51,585 bases of DNA from a virus (IMGVR_UViG_3300002461_000403:1-51585); one strand, 5' to 3'; counted from the first letter of the stretch, positions 1-8,500 are shown. A program made the numbers and translations. Notes: generated by a model from the sequence alone, not told the origin.

Positions 1-1037
1 GGCTGGATAGCGTCTGAAACCTTGCCGTCATACTCTGCGTCGATCCAAGAGATCGCACCGGCCCGGATGTCGGCAGAACGAACCACTTCCGCGATCGCGG
101 CCAGCGGCGGATCGATGGACTTCTCACCGGCTTCAAGGATGATCCCGGCCATGGCCTGCGCCAATCGAGCGTCGGGAAGGGAGACCATTGCAGCGGGTGA
201 GAAGGCGTAAGGCGATCCCGTGATAGTGTGCCACCGGGGCACGACATACGGGAAAATGGGGAGCGACGTTTCCTTGAGGATGTGCTGGTTGTCGCTGTCG
301 AGGTAGAGGCAGACGAAAGGATGCTTGCTCTTGCCGATCTTCTTGCCCTTACCGTCCCGAGAGATCAGGTCATACTCTTCGGCCGGCATGACGATGGTGC
401 GGACGTTGAACTCCTTGCCGGGCTCTTTCTCGGCGGCCTTCTTCACCGTGGCGTGGACGTTCTTCGATCCGAACCGAGCCACCATGGACCGGGCCGACAT
501 CTTGCCCCGTTCGTGAAGGTGGTCGATCTCCTGCACATCGTTTTCGAGGATCGCGATGTTCTTGGGGTGGTGATCCTTGAAAATGATATGCTCGCGGCTG
601 GGCGCTTCCTGCACGGATAGGATGGCATAGCCGAACGCCGCATAGTCGTGGTCGGCTCGCTTTGTCGCCCGGACGAACTTGCACCGGGCGTCGTAGAGCC
701 GGGTGCGGTGGGTCTTCGTCAGGTATTCGAGATAGGCGGCGTTCTCCGGCCTCTGGTCCCGATCTTCGCTCAGTGTCGAATAGGCGAACCACGGCTTGTC
801 CTTTGGGCGGAGCATGGCCGATAGGTTGTTGCCCAACTCCCGGCGCATCATCACCGGGTAGCTGTCCATGAGATGCTCGGCGTACTCCTGGCCAAGCGAT
901 AGGTCGCGCGTAAAATCCGCCCGTTCCGGGTAGAAGTTCTCTGCGATCTCTTGGTTCAGAGAATCCAGCGGGGCTTTTTTTGAGAACAGAGCGTCCCCAA
1001 TCCCGCAGAGTTCTTTCGCGCGCGCATCGCCTGCCAT
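1..1037 (-). CDS. Portal (head-tail connector) protein, podovirus BPP-1/T7-like; 3' end outside the window
   Basis: Manual translation from ATG 1037: MAGDARAKELCGIGDALFSKKAPLDSLNQEIAENFYPERADF...LSAMLRPKDKPWF. This resembles Head-tail_con portals and the gene follows TerL. It is absent from the ORF track, consistent with running off the window edge. Confidence 0.8.
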   Translation of the reverse strand, partial: MAGDARAKELCGIGDALFSKKAPLDSLNQEIAENFYPERADFTRDLSLGQEYAEHLMDSYPVMMRRELGNNLSAMLRPKDKPWFAYSTLSEDRDQRPENAAYLEYLTKTHRTRLYDARCKFVRATKRADHDYAAFGYAILSVQEAPSREHIIFKDHHPKNIAILENDVQEIDHLHERGKMSARSMVARFGSKNVHATVKKAAEKEPGKEFNVRTIVMPAEEYDLISRDGKGKKIGKSKHPFVCLYLDSDNQHILKETSLPIFPYVVPRWHTITGSPYAFSPAAMVSLPDARLAQAMAGIILEAGEKSIDPPLAAIAEVVRSADIRAGAISWIDAEYDGKVSDAIQ

Positions 1038-1043
1038 GGACTT

Positions 1044-1232
1044 TTACTTTCCGAGAACGGTGCCAGCGTAGGCGGGAGCGCCGGCCGAGAGGTTCGTGGA
1101 CTCGCGGCCCTTCGTTGCCATCTCGGTTGCCACGCGCTTCTTGCGGGCTTCGACGGCTTCTTTACCTTCGGGGTCCGGCATCCGCTGTGTCGGCTGGACT
1201 GCGGGCATTTTCGGCTTGAACATACTTGCCAT
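1044..1232 (-). CDS. Small putative virion protein between TerL and portal
   Basis: 62 aa, AGGAGA RBS, P/K-rich N-terminus; position typical of podoviruses. Confidence 0.7.
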   Translation of the reverse strand: MASMFKPKMPAVQPTQRMPDPEGKEAVEARKKRVATEMATKGRESTNLSAGAPAYAGTVLGK

Positions 1233-1235
1233 CTG

Positions 1236-2792
1236 CTATCTCCTTCTGGACTTGTAGGGGCTGGTCTTAGTGGTGGCGAACACCTGTCGGCCTTGGCTTG
1301 CTGACGATGACATCTGTCGTTTCACGGCGATGTTTCCTTCGCTGTACGCCATGACAACCGCATCGCCTTTGCCAGGGGATCGGCCAAGGCGAATGCGCAA
1401 ATCTTCTTTGCTTTCAAGGATGATCCCGCGAGGCCCAACCTCGTAAGTTGGCGCGGCGAGATCGGCGCGTAGCTCAGGATCCGGGGGCAAGGCGATGGGT
1501 GAACCACCCTCTTGATCAGGGTCTAATGCTTCGCGAAATTTCCAGTATGTCTCTGCCCGCTTGTTGACGAAACCAAGCTGGCGGTCTTTGGTCTTGCTTC
1601 CCGTCGCGCTCGCCCCGTTGAACGCGAGGAACGGAATCGTGTTGTCTTTCAGACGAAGCGTTACCGCTCCGCCGTATCCACCACCGACATCGACCACGAC
1701 GGCTGCGTTGTCGCGCCGATTTTTGATGATCGTCGCCGCCGAGGCCGAACCGTCCGCCGTTTCTGCTCCGGTCACAGAGACCAGTTCAGCGTACCAATGC
1801 CCATGACGACGGGCCAATTCGGCGGCGTCTTTCCCACCACCAGCCGGATCGTATCCGATCGCGGTCATGGCGAAATCTTTCCACCCGTCTGGCTTCCAAC
1901 GGTTTTGCGCTTCGATGATCCATTGCGTCGGAATCACCTGCCACGCTTGGTCTCTTAGGCCAGCGTCGAAGCGCCCTTCCTTGTACGCTGCCCGAAGCTC
2001 GGGCGGCAGTGCCGCAAGGGTCGCCGCGTAGTTGGTGCGTGCCAAATCCGGGTTATCCGACAACTTGGCCGGGATGAACGTCCGAGACTTGGCGCGGATC
2101 ATTTCCCCGTCCACAAGATGCGGGCCGGGTCCGTCAACCTCAGTGTCCTGCCCCCCGATTGTAGTGAACCAACGCAACTCACCGGGCTTGGCCGGTCGCG
2201 GGTGTGTCGGATCAAGCCACGGAGCCCAGTATTTGATAACCCACAACCCGGCTGCCGTTGTCGGCGGGTTTCCCGCGCACACAATGCGGCAGCGCTGGTG
2301 CTGGTCTGCTGATCGGTTCCACGTGTTAATGAAGCGGAACTGAGTTTCGCTAAAGTCTGAAATCTCGTCCCAGCAAATCAGATCGTGTGGTGTGCCCTTG
2401 TATTTCTGCTTGTCGTCCTCGTGCTGCACCCCGCCGATGTCGATCACCCGACCATCAGGAAAGCGCCATGTGTTGTCCTGTCCGTTCCACCCATCACGGT
2501 GCCCCAGGATCTCCACGAACCGCTCAATTAGCTTTGATGCTTCCTTGTTCGTCCGGCGCAGCAAAAGCGCTCGTCTGTGCTTAGTCAGCGACAATCCAAC
2601 GAGTACGTCCGTTTTTCCTCCGCCAGCGCTCCCGCCATAGAACAGTTCATCCGCCTCGCTCTCCACGGTTGAGAGTTGCGGGCCAATGTTTGGTACCCAC
2701 ACGGGGGCCGACTTCATTCTCGCAGCATCAAGCTCTTTGATCTTATCGGGTGGCAGAGCTTCAAGTTTTGCGAGAATTTCGTCTAGCAGCAT
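1236..2792 (-). CDS. terL: Terminase large subunit
   Basis: Walker A GGSAGGGKT, Walker B LICWDE, coupling motif AGNP, and nuclease acidic motifs IGYDPAGGGKD and SPGKGDA. Confidence 0.93.
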   Translation of the reverse strand: MLLDEILAKLEALPPDKIKELDAARMKSAPVWVPNIGPQLSTVESEADELFYGGSAGGGKTDVLVGLSLTKHRRALLLRRTNKEASKLIERFVEILGHRDGWNGQDNTWRFPDGRVIDIGGVQHEDDKQKYKGTPHDLICWDEISDFSETQFRFINTWNRSADQHQRCRIVCAGNPPTTAAGLWVIKYWAPWLDPTHPRPAKPGELRWFTTIGGQDTEVDGPGPHLVDGEMIRAKSRTFIPAKLSDNPDLARTNYAATLAALPPELRAAYKEGRFDAGLRDQAWQVIPTQWIIEAQNRWKPDGWKDFAMTAIGYDPAGGGKDAAELARRHGHWYAELVSVTGAETADGSASAATIIKNRRDNAAVVVDVGGGYGGAVTLRLKDNTIPFLAFNGASATGSKTKDRQLGFVNKRAETYWKFREALDPDQEGGSPIALPPDPELRADLAAPTYEVGPRGIILESKEDLRIRLGRSPGKGDAVVMAYSEGNIAVKRQMSSSASQGRQVFATTKTSPYKSRRR

Positions 2793-3465
2793 TGACCTTG
2801 TTCATATTGAGAGGCGTCGTAAGCGCCTCCTCAACTGTCCAACCGTGGAGCAGTCGGGATTTCACGGACTTGTACGGGATACCGGCCGCCTCTGCCGCCT
2901 CGATCAGTGGCATTGAGCGACCATCAAACTCAACAATACGATTGTTCCGTCTATTGCGGGCTTGCTCCGTCCATGTCGCCCACCGCACATTTCCCGGCTC
3001 GTAGTGACCATTGCGGTCTATGCGATCCAGAGAATGCTTCTTAGACGGACGCGGCCCGACGTGAGCAAAGAATGCTGCGTAATCGTTCTGCCACTCAGCG
3101 CACACTCGAATACCCCGACCTCCGTACCATTTGTACGCGGGGTTCTTCGGGTCACTACAGCGAGAACGAAACCCTTCCCAAACCTTCCACTCAGGCGCTT
3201 GGCTTCCGTCTCGGCACCTACCGCCGTGCTTGTATGTCAGGCGCGACATGCGGTCGGCACGAAAGCATCCGCACGAGAACGTCGTCTTTCCCAGGGTCGG
3301 TCCAGAGGTTTCAATCTCTGTCCCGCAATCGCATTTGCAAAGCCATCGAGATACGTGGCCAGGACGACCCAGATACCCCAGAACAGTCAACCGACCGTGT
3401 TTAGTGCCGGTCAGGTCTTTGAAGCGCTTGCTTTTTGGGATAGGCAATAGTTCGGGCATGGGCAC
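2761..3465 (-). CDS. HNH homing endonuclease
   Basis: WLCKCDCG, SCGC, YGGRGIRVCAEW, SLDRIDRNGHYEPGNVRWAT. Confidence 0.85.
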   Translation of the reverse strand: MPMPELLPIPKSKRFKDLTGTKHGRLTVLGYLGRPGHVSRWLCKCDCGTEIETSGPTLGKTTFSCGCFRADRMSRLTYKHGGRCRDGSQAPEWKVWEGFRSRCSDPKNPAYKWYGGRGIRVCAEWQNDYAAFFAHVGPRPSKKHSLDRIDRNGHYEPGNVRWATWTEQARNRRNNRIVEFDGRSMPLIEAAEAAGIPYKSVKSRLLHGWTVEEALTTPLNMNKVNAARRNSRKT

Positions 3466-3528
3466 CTCCTTACAGGTGTTTGTGTCAAGAGCGCCGTCGC
3501 GAGGACCAGTCGCGGCGGCGTTCGCATT

Positions 3529-4140
3529 TTACTCGATCGTTCTGACTTCTGGAACCGTAATAAGCTGCAACGCGATCCACCGCGCCAGAGCCAACTTATC
3601 GACAGACGATACTTCAATCGGACCCCCACCCGGCCCACTGATTTCCTTAGACACCCGCTCTTTCCAGTTCACGGGGTCGCGGTTCGTGAGCCACATCTTC
3701 TGTGCGCCAACATCGGGCGGCACGTGTTCCTTGTATGGGACGATCAGCGGCGTACCGTCCGACTGCATGATCTTGACGGAATCGTAGGTGTATCCAACTG
3801 CCCGTTCGTAGAGGCTAAACCCCACCCGTTCATCGGCAATTTCACGGGCCACCTTAATTGCGGCACCAAATGCTTCGTGCAAAGCCATCCAGCGATAGAT
3901 CGTCCATCGAGCAACGCCGAGAATATCGGCCACTTCTGCGATAGTCGCTCCCCTTGCACATGCACTGGCGGCAATGTCACAATATGACGGGTCGTATTCT
4001 GTCGGCCGACCGGCAGTCACAGGTGGCTCAAGTGGCGATGCGTCCTTCGTGATCTTCTCGCCTTTGGACCGTTTCTCTGCCCGCTTTGCTGCGGCTTTGA
4101 TGTCGTCCTTTGACATCCGCTTTTTGGCTAACCTTGCCAT
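3529..4140 (-). CDS. terS: Terminase small subunit
   Basis: GRPTEYDP, an HTH (TIAEVADILGVARWTIYRW), LYERAVGY...VPPDVGAQKMWLTNR, ISGPGGGPIE; lies upstream of terL. Confidence 0.85.
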   Translation of the reverse strand: MARLAKKRMSKDDIKAAAKRAEKRSKGEKITKDASPLEPPVTAGRPTEYDPSYCDIAASACARGATIAEVADILGVARWTIYRWMALHEAFGAAIKVAREIADERVGFSLYERAVGYTYDSVKIMQSDGTPLIVPYKEHVPPDVGAQKMWLTNRDPVNWKERVSKEISGPGGGPIEVSSVDKLALARWIALQLITVPEVRTIE

Positions 4141-4168
4141 GGTTGGTAGTTCCCCTCGTGATGCACCG

Positions 4169-4200
4169 AAAACCGCCCCAGGATTTCTCCTGAGGCGGTT
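4169..4200 (-). terminator. Intrinsic terminator-like hairpin upstream of terS
   Basis: Minus strand AACCGCCTCAGGA-GAAA-TCCTGGGGCGGTT followed by TT. Confidence 0.55.
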
Positions 4201-4228
4201 CGGTTGTATGTCACGGGAGGGCCTTCAC

Positions 4229-4750
4229 CTACGCCGCGACGGACTGAATGAGACTTGGGGCGAACTCACCGAAGTATCGGTGCTCGGCATCAAGACGTGC
4301 CGAGATCGCTTGCTCCTTGTCCTTGAAGCGACCAAGCATCAGATACTTGTCGCCTACCCGGATGCGGGCAACCCAGCGAGTGCGGGCGGCGTCATAAGAC
4401 ACCCCCGTCACACCACTCTGGTTGTCCGCTCTGCGGCTTTTGTTACGGCAGTTGTCAATCCAAGTTGCCGCCCGAAGGTTGGCAAATCGGTTGTCGCTGC
4501 GCTGACGGTTCTTATGGTCAACAACGGCTATTGGCCACTCGCCGGTAATATACAGCCAAGCCAGCTTTTGAGCCGGGATAGCCTTGCCGTCGATGCCGAT
4601 AAAAACGTAACCGTCCGTTTCCCTTACGAAACCCGCAACATCACCAGGGTACACTCGTCCGCCGTGAGCGCGGCGCTTGACCTTCCACGTGAAGATGCCC
4701 GTCTCCGGGTCATAAGCCAGTAGTTCGGTCAAACGCTCGCGAGTTACCAT
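4229..4750 (-). CDS. HNH endonuclease with C-terminal AP2 domain
   Basis: LAYDPETGIFTW, VDHKNRQRSDNRFANLR, SGVTGV...WVARI...LGRF...YFGEFA. True start is probably ATG 4750 (TAATG overlap with the upstream stop). Confidence 0.85.
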   Translation of the reverse strand: MVTRERLTELLAYDPETGIFTWKVKRRAHGGRVYPGDVAGFVRETDGYVFIGIDGKAIPAQKLAWLYITGEWPIAVVDHKNRQRSDNRFANLRAATWIDNCRNKSRRADNQSGVTGVSYDAARTRWVARIRVGDKYLMLGRFKDKEQAISARLDAEHRYFGEFAPSLIQSVAA

Positions 4751-5202
4751 TAGGCGTTCGTCAGTGCTGTTGACGAGATGATGGTGCGGCCGTTCGGGAG
4801 GATAATACCGATGTAAGCCGCCTCGGTGCCTGTATCCGTCCAAGTGAGATCGCAATCCCCATCTGCTTCGGAGGTTGCGAGGAACAGTTTCTTTGCGACG
4901 ACCGCAAGAAGCGCGCCGTCAGTGCCGATTGCAATGCCGGTGGAACCGCCCGTAGCCGCGAAGGCTGTACCAGCAGCATCCAGAAACACGGCGACCCAGA
5001 AGGACGTAACTTCGTTCACGTCATTACCCAGCGCGTCCTTCAGCTGTATGGTGATGGCGCGGACGTCGGCGGCTTCTGCACCAACGGTGATGGACGCATC
5101 GGCGCAGCGAGCCGTGAGATCAAGAGCGCCACCCTTAGCCACAAGGTTGCCGCGAGTGCCGCTGATGCCCAGAAGGCGACCGGCGAGGGATTTAACAGAC
5201 AT
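4750..5202 (-). CDS. Putative virion/decoration protein (beta-rich)
   Basis: 150 aa rich in A/G/T, GGAGA RBS, located in the late operon. Confidence 0.6.
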   Translation of the reverse strand: MSVKSLAGRLLGISGTRGNLVAKGGALDLTARCADASITVGAEAADVRAITIQLKDALGNDVNEVTSFWVAVFLDAAGTAFAATGGSTGIAIGTDGALLAVVAKKLFLATSEADGDCDLTWTDTGTEAAYIGIILPNGRTIISSTALTNA

Positions 5203-5254
5203 GGTGCTATCTCCAGATTGCTAGAATTGTTTGTTGCTTGTGGAGGTACGCGGG

Positions 5255-5632
5255 TTACGAGATCGGCCGGACAATCAAGTTCAACGTGCGTGCTGCTGCC
5301 TGAGTGACCGGCACCCCAGCCGTCCCAGAGCGAATCTGGATGAATCGCAATGGGTGGGTCAAGGACACCGGGAGCACGATGAAACGAGAAGCGCCCACCT
5401 GAAGGGTGAACTCCGTATCGCTGTTCTCGTACACGGGATTGTACGTGCCGCCGTCCGTCGTTGCGGCGACGAGCGTAATGTCGGCGGCAGTCCATGCGGC
5501 CGGGGTGACGATGCCGACCAGGGTATAGCCGGTGAGATCGATAGTGCCGGAAAGGCTCTGGTTGATCGCGATCGTCACGTCGATGGTCTTGACGGCGGCC
5601 GAGACCGGGGCGTCGGGCTTATGAGCGGCCAT
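5255..5632 (-). CDS. Putative virion protein
   Basis: 125 aa beta-rich, GAGG RBS, late operon. Confidence 0.6.
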   Translation of the reverse strand: MAAHKPDAPVSAAVKTIDVTIAINQSLSGTIDLTGYTLVGIVTPAAWTAADITLVAATTDGGTYNPVYENSDTEFTLQVGASRFIVLPVSLTHPLRFIQIRSGTAGVPVTQAAARTLNLIVRPIS

Positions 5633-5792
5633 TGGAGCCTCGCTTGATGTTGCGGTAATGGTTGCGCCGGGCGGCGCGGGAAGTAGCCTTGGTGCAGATC
5701 CCGGAGAAGCAACCCTTGGCGTATTCCCGAGAGGGCAGGAACCACATCTGAGGGGTGATTTCCTTCAGTTCGAGGGTAAATCCGTGAGCCAA
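5619..5792 (-). CDS. Small hypothetical protein, 57 aa (below the ORF track cutoff)
   Basis: AGGAGA RBS plus TTG start; MAHGFTLELKEITPQMWFLPSREY... Confidence 0.5.
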   Translation of the reverse strand: MAHGFTLELKEITPQMWFLPSREYAKGCFSGICTKATSRAARRNHYRNIKRGSNGRS

Positions 5793-5905
5793 GGTGTTCT
5801 CCTGAGTTTAGGTGGCGGCGACTTACCGGGGCGAGGGGGTCGGCAAGCCGCCGCCCATGCCGCTGCGGTGAATGAGGACCGGCCGCGCGTGCATGTTCTG
5901 GTGTT

Positions 5906-6256
5906 TCAGTGGTTGGTGGGCTCGATCCAGCGGCCAGTCTGCTTAAGCTCTGCGATGGCGTTGCGGTCGAGAACGAAGGTGTAGGCGTAGAACTTCTCAT
6001 CCCCGGCGATCTTGCGCTGGAAGATGAAGGCCAGCTTTCCCGTCCCAGGCTTCCCCACCCGATGGTAGGCTTGGATCAGGATGTCACCCTGATCAAAGCT
6101 GATGGGCCGGAGCGCCCCGGATTTGATGAAGGCGTCGGCGGCCTTGGTCGACGCGATCTCCATGAACGGGGTGTCGAGCCACCGCTCGAACGGCTCGACT
6201 GAGAACGGGTCATCCAGTCCGTCGAGCTTTTCACCGAGGATGCGGTTCAGAGACAT
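5906..6256 (-). CDS. Hypothetical protein
   Basis: 116 aa, GGAG RBS, normal composition. Confidence 0.65.
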   Translation of the reverse strand: MSLNRILGEKLDGLDDPFSVEPFERWLDTPFMEIASTKAADAFIKSGALRPISFDQGDILIQAYHRVGKPGTGKLAFIFQRKIAGDEKFYAYTFVLDRNAIAELKQTGRWIEPTNH

Positions 6257-6339
6257 GGGGCTCCAATGGAATAGGACCAGGGGAAGGTTGCCCCTCCCCT
6301 GGGTTAGCGCGGTTGCAGGTTGTGACGGCTCGCTGGTGG

Positions 6340-6423
6340 TTACGGCGGCGCTTGGAGGTGCTGTATGTGGCGCAGCACACGGTCAAACGGGGGGCCATAG
6401 GTCAGCGACAGGTGTCCATCCAT
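6340..6423 (-). CDS. 27-aa micro-ORF
   Basis: Strong AGGAGGT RBS; MDGHLSLTYGPPFDRVLRHIQHLQAPP; followed by a GCAA-loop hairpin at 6279-6303. Confidence 0.4.
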   Translation of the reverse strand: MDGHLSLTYGPPFDRVLRHIQHLQAPP

Positions 6424-6478
6424 GCAAAACCTCCTGTGAAGGTACGCGCACAGGTGTCGCCGGGGATGGTTGGTCCGG

Positions 6479-6571
6479 CTATGGGGGTGTCAGGAATGCG
6501 ACAACGATACATCCGAACAGAGCTGCAAAAGCCAAAACCACCACGATCAACTCGTAGGCTTCTGGGGTCAT
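6479..6571 (-). CDS. 30-aa single-TM peptide
   Basis: MTPEAYELIVVVLAFAALFGCIVVAFLTPP. Confidence 0.45.
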   Translation of the reverse strand: MTPEAYELIVVVLAFAALFGCIVVAFLTPP

Positions 6572-6692
6572 CGGCGGGCGCTCATATGTCCGGGGATGAA
6601 GAGATAAATCGGCCCGTTTCCTCACCTCGCAAAGTCCCGGTACGCAATGGGGTGGCGTGGGTGTCGGACTGCGGTGGGGTCGTGGCCGATGC

Positions 6693-6725
6693 AAAAAGCG
6701 CCCGAGTCGGATGGACCCAGGCGCT
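6693..6725 (-). terminator. Intrinsic terminator just downstream of putative late promoter 1
   Basis: Minus strand AGCGCCTGGGTC-catcc-GACTCGGGCGCT followed by TTTT. Confidence 0.7.
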
Positions 6726-6740
6726 AATTCGGATGTTCGT

Positions 6741-6769
6741 CTTTTAGGGTGATTTGCCTCGAAAGTCTA
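6741..6769 (-). promoter_or_regulatory. Putative late promoter 1 (packaging/head operon)
   Basis: TAGACT-N17-TAAAAG. Contains TTTCGAGGCAAATCA, a 15-bp exact match to 41356-41370. Confidence 0.6.
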
Positions 6770-6782
6770 GTGGGTTAAAAAG

Positions 6783-7034
6783 TCAAGCCTCTTTTTTCAA
6801 AGCCCGGATTTCCCTAGCGATCCAGGCTCCGTCATTTCGCCCACCGGGATCATCGCACTTGTCCGCCACCTGTGCCGCCCTCTCATAAGCTGCTGCCTCT
6901 ACTTCACGGAGCGCGGCGGCAATGACTTCGGCAGCTTCCAACTTAAACAAAAACGGATCGCCGTCATCGTCAATGCCTAGTAGGTCATTGTTGAGTTGCC
7001 GCACGATCTCCCTAGCCTTGTCCGAGCGAGTCAT
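6783..7034 (-). CDS. Hypothetical phage protein
   Basis: 83 aa; AAYERAAQVA...IAREIRALK motif common in phage accessory genes; ATGA coupling. Confidence 0.65.
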   Translation of the reverse strand: MTRSDKAREIVRQLNNDLLGIDDDGDPFLFKLEAAEVIAAALREVEAAAYERAAQVADKCDDPGGRNDGAWIAREIRALKKEA

Positions 7035-7222
7035 TTGCTCACGCCTCCCCGAAAGCTGACCGGCATCTCTGAGCTAAACGTAACCCCCGACGTATCGAGC
7101 GCATACTTCTCAGTAAGATCCTTGTGCCATCCACCAAGCACCAACCTGTGAGCGCGGGCGAAATCCAAAAGCATCTGCATCCCCTCTGCGCTGTCTAATC
7201 GCGTTGTGCTTGGATCGATCAT
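7031..7222 (-). CDS. Hypothetical protein
   Basis: Start MIDPSTT with GGAG RBS and ATGA overlaps at both ends. Confidence 0.55.
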   Translation of the reverse strand: MIDPSTTRLDSAEGMQMLLDFARAHRLVLGGWHKDLTEKYALDTSGVTFSSEMPVSFRGGVSK

Positions 7223-7440
7223 GGCTCCACCTCTGGGGGAGAAGGTAGGGGCATCCAGTGGGTGGCGTGAACCTGCACAGAGTAGGCGTCCGTCACTGTT
7301 GCACTCCAAGCGCCACCGCCAAAACTGCCAACGACGATCGCGGGAAAGCCCCACTTTCCGTTGATTTCACCTTCAGGCTCCCCGAACAAAAGAACCTCAG
7401 TTCCGTCTTTTGGTGCTGTGTCGATTGCCTACCACGTCAT
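7219..7440 (-). pseudogene. DUF551-like protein with an in-frame TAG at codon 4
   Basis: MTW*AIDTAPKDGTEVLLFG...ATHWMPLPSPPEVEP matches the family motifs WQPIETAPKDG and THWMPLP; TAG at 7429-7431. Confidence 0.7.
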
Positions 7441-7610
7441 CGCTCGTCTCCCACCGTGACCGTGTATTTGGCTGGCATCATAATAACCCATGCCGAGACA
7501 TGCTTCTCTGCCTCTAGCGCCTCTTGCACGGTCTCGAAGTCTTTTGGGTGCCACCCCTCGTATCCGTAGTCTAGCCACAGAGTAACCGGGCCTTTCGGCT
7601 TCTCCGACAT
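7437..7610 (-). CDS. Hypothetical protein
   Basis: MSEKPKGPVTLWLDYGYEGWHP, GGAGG RBS. Confidence 0.6.
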   Translation of the reverse strand: MSEKPKGPVTLWLDYGYEGWHPKDFETVQEALEAEKHVSAWVIMMPAKYTVTVGDER

Positions 7611-7620
7611 GCTGCCCCTC

Positions 7621-7806
7621 CTATTCGTATCCGTGCCACCCGACATTCTTGCGGGCCATGTCTCGGAGCCGCCCTAGCTCTAGCTGCTCATCGGACGTTA
7701 GACCCTCCGGCCCGTCCTCGGGCTGCCCCTTGTCTCCCAGATAGTCCGTGCCTTCATTGACAATGAAATGCTCGATCAAAGCCACGATCATGCCGGGGTA
7801 GTTCAT
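7621..7806 (-). CDS. Hypothetical protein
   Basis: MNYPGMIVALIEHF..., ATGA overlap with the HTH gene. Confidence 0.55.
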   Translation of the reverse strand: MNYPGMIVALIEHFIVNEGTDYLGDKGQPEDGPEGLTSDEQLELGRLRDMARKNVGWHGYE

Positions 7807-8024
7807 CGCCGCTTGCCCTTCTGCACTTCCATGGGCCACGGCTCTAGCTCGATCCCCAGCGCCAAAGCCCGCATGACTTTGCGCACCGGCACGGGCGGGT
7901 CATAGGCCCCAGCCTCGTATGCCTGATAGTTCCGGCCGGTCACGCCGATCCGGTGTGCGGCTTGCTCTTGGGTCAAGCCTAGCGTCTCGCGCCACTGTCG
8001 AACTGGATTGGTCATGGATTGCAT
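7803..8024 (-). CDS. XRE-family HTH transcriptional regulator
   Basis: VRQWRETLGLTQEQAAHRIGVTGRNYQAYEAG; GAGGGG RBS before ATG 8024. Confidence 0.85.
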   Translation of the reverse strand: MQSMTNPVRQWRETLGLTQEQAAHRIGVTGRNYQAYEAGAYDPPVPVRKVMRALALGIELEPWPMEVQKGKRR

Positions 8025-8039
8025 ATAAACACCCCTCGG

Positions 8040-8129
8040 CACGAAGTCACTTCACGAAAATGTGATAATTGTTACAGCTAAAACGCCGTTCAGCCTATTG
8101 CAACACGAAGAATCTTCGCGTAGTATAAT
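8040..8129. promoter_or_regulatory. Divergent control region: two operators and a + strand promoter
   Basis: CACGAAG-tca-CTTCACG (8040-8056) and CACGAAG-aat-CTTCGCG (8104-8120). The second fills the spacer of TTGCAA-N17-TAGTAT (8098-8126). Confidence 0.65.
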
Positions 8130-8142
8130 AAGTGAAGGCAGC

Positions 8143-8332
8143 AGGGATCGACGCGAGATCTGGCCTACCCCGCCGGCAAGTTGCGAAATTGGTCCCAACC
8201 GGAACTGACGCGGAAACGCGGTGAGCCTTCAACCCCTCGGGAAACCGACCGGGAGCCGATAGCAAGGCTGCTCGGTGAAGTCTCGATGGAAAACTATCGG
8301 AACGCCTCAGTGGACGGCAACCAACCACTGGG
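8143..8332 (+). ncRNA. Candidate structured leader/ncRNA
   Basis: Several helices with G-U pairs, two GAAA tetraloops (CGCG-GAAA-CGCG, TCGG-GAAA-CCGA), and a multiloop closed by GAGCCTTCA/TGAAGTCTC. Confidence 0.45.
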
Positions 8333-8341
8333 AGAATGAAA

Positions 8342-8500
8342 ATGGCATTCAAGGTTACGCTCAACAATTCGGAAGGCAAGATCGGAGAGAAGATCGTGGC
8401 TACCGAAGAGGAAACAGTCGGCGCGGTGCAGGATCTTCTGCGCATGGCTCACGTCCTTGTCTCTGGCGACAGCATCACTGTCACAGAGATTGACGAGTAA
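8342..8500 (+). CDS. Small acidic protein, 52 aa (missed by the ORF track)
   Basis: GGAGA RBS; MAFKVTLNNSEGKIGEKIVATEEETVGAVQDLLRMAHVLVSGDSITVTEIDE. Confidence 0.65.
   Translation: MAFKVTLNNSEGKIGEKIVATEEETVGAVQDLLRMAHVLVSGDSITVTEIDE

Noticed and set aside
1236-3465. Intron or intein in the terminase associated with the HNH gene
   Set aside because: TerL is continuous with all motifs and normal length; the HNH gene is free-standing with a short overlap.
7429-7431. Genome-wide TAG-to-Gln recoding
   Set aside because: Only one case; TAG ends well-defined genes such as terL and the serine recombinase, and no suppressor tRNA is seen.
8200-8295. Hammerhead ribozyme (CTGA...GAAA)
   Set aside because: The core CUGANGA/GAAA arrangement and stems I and III could not be built.
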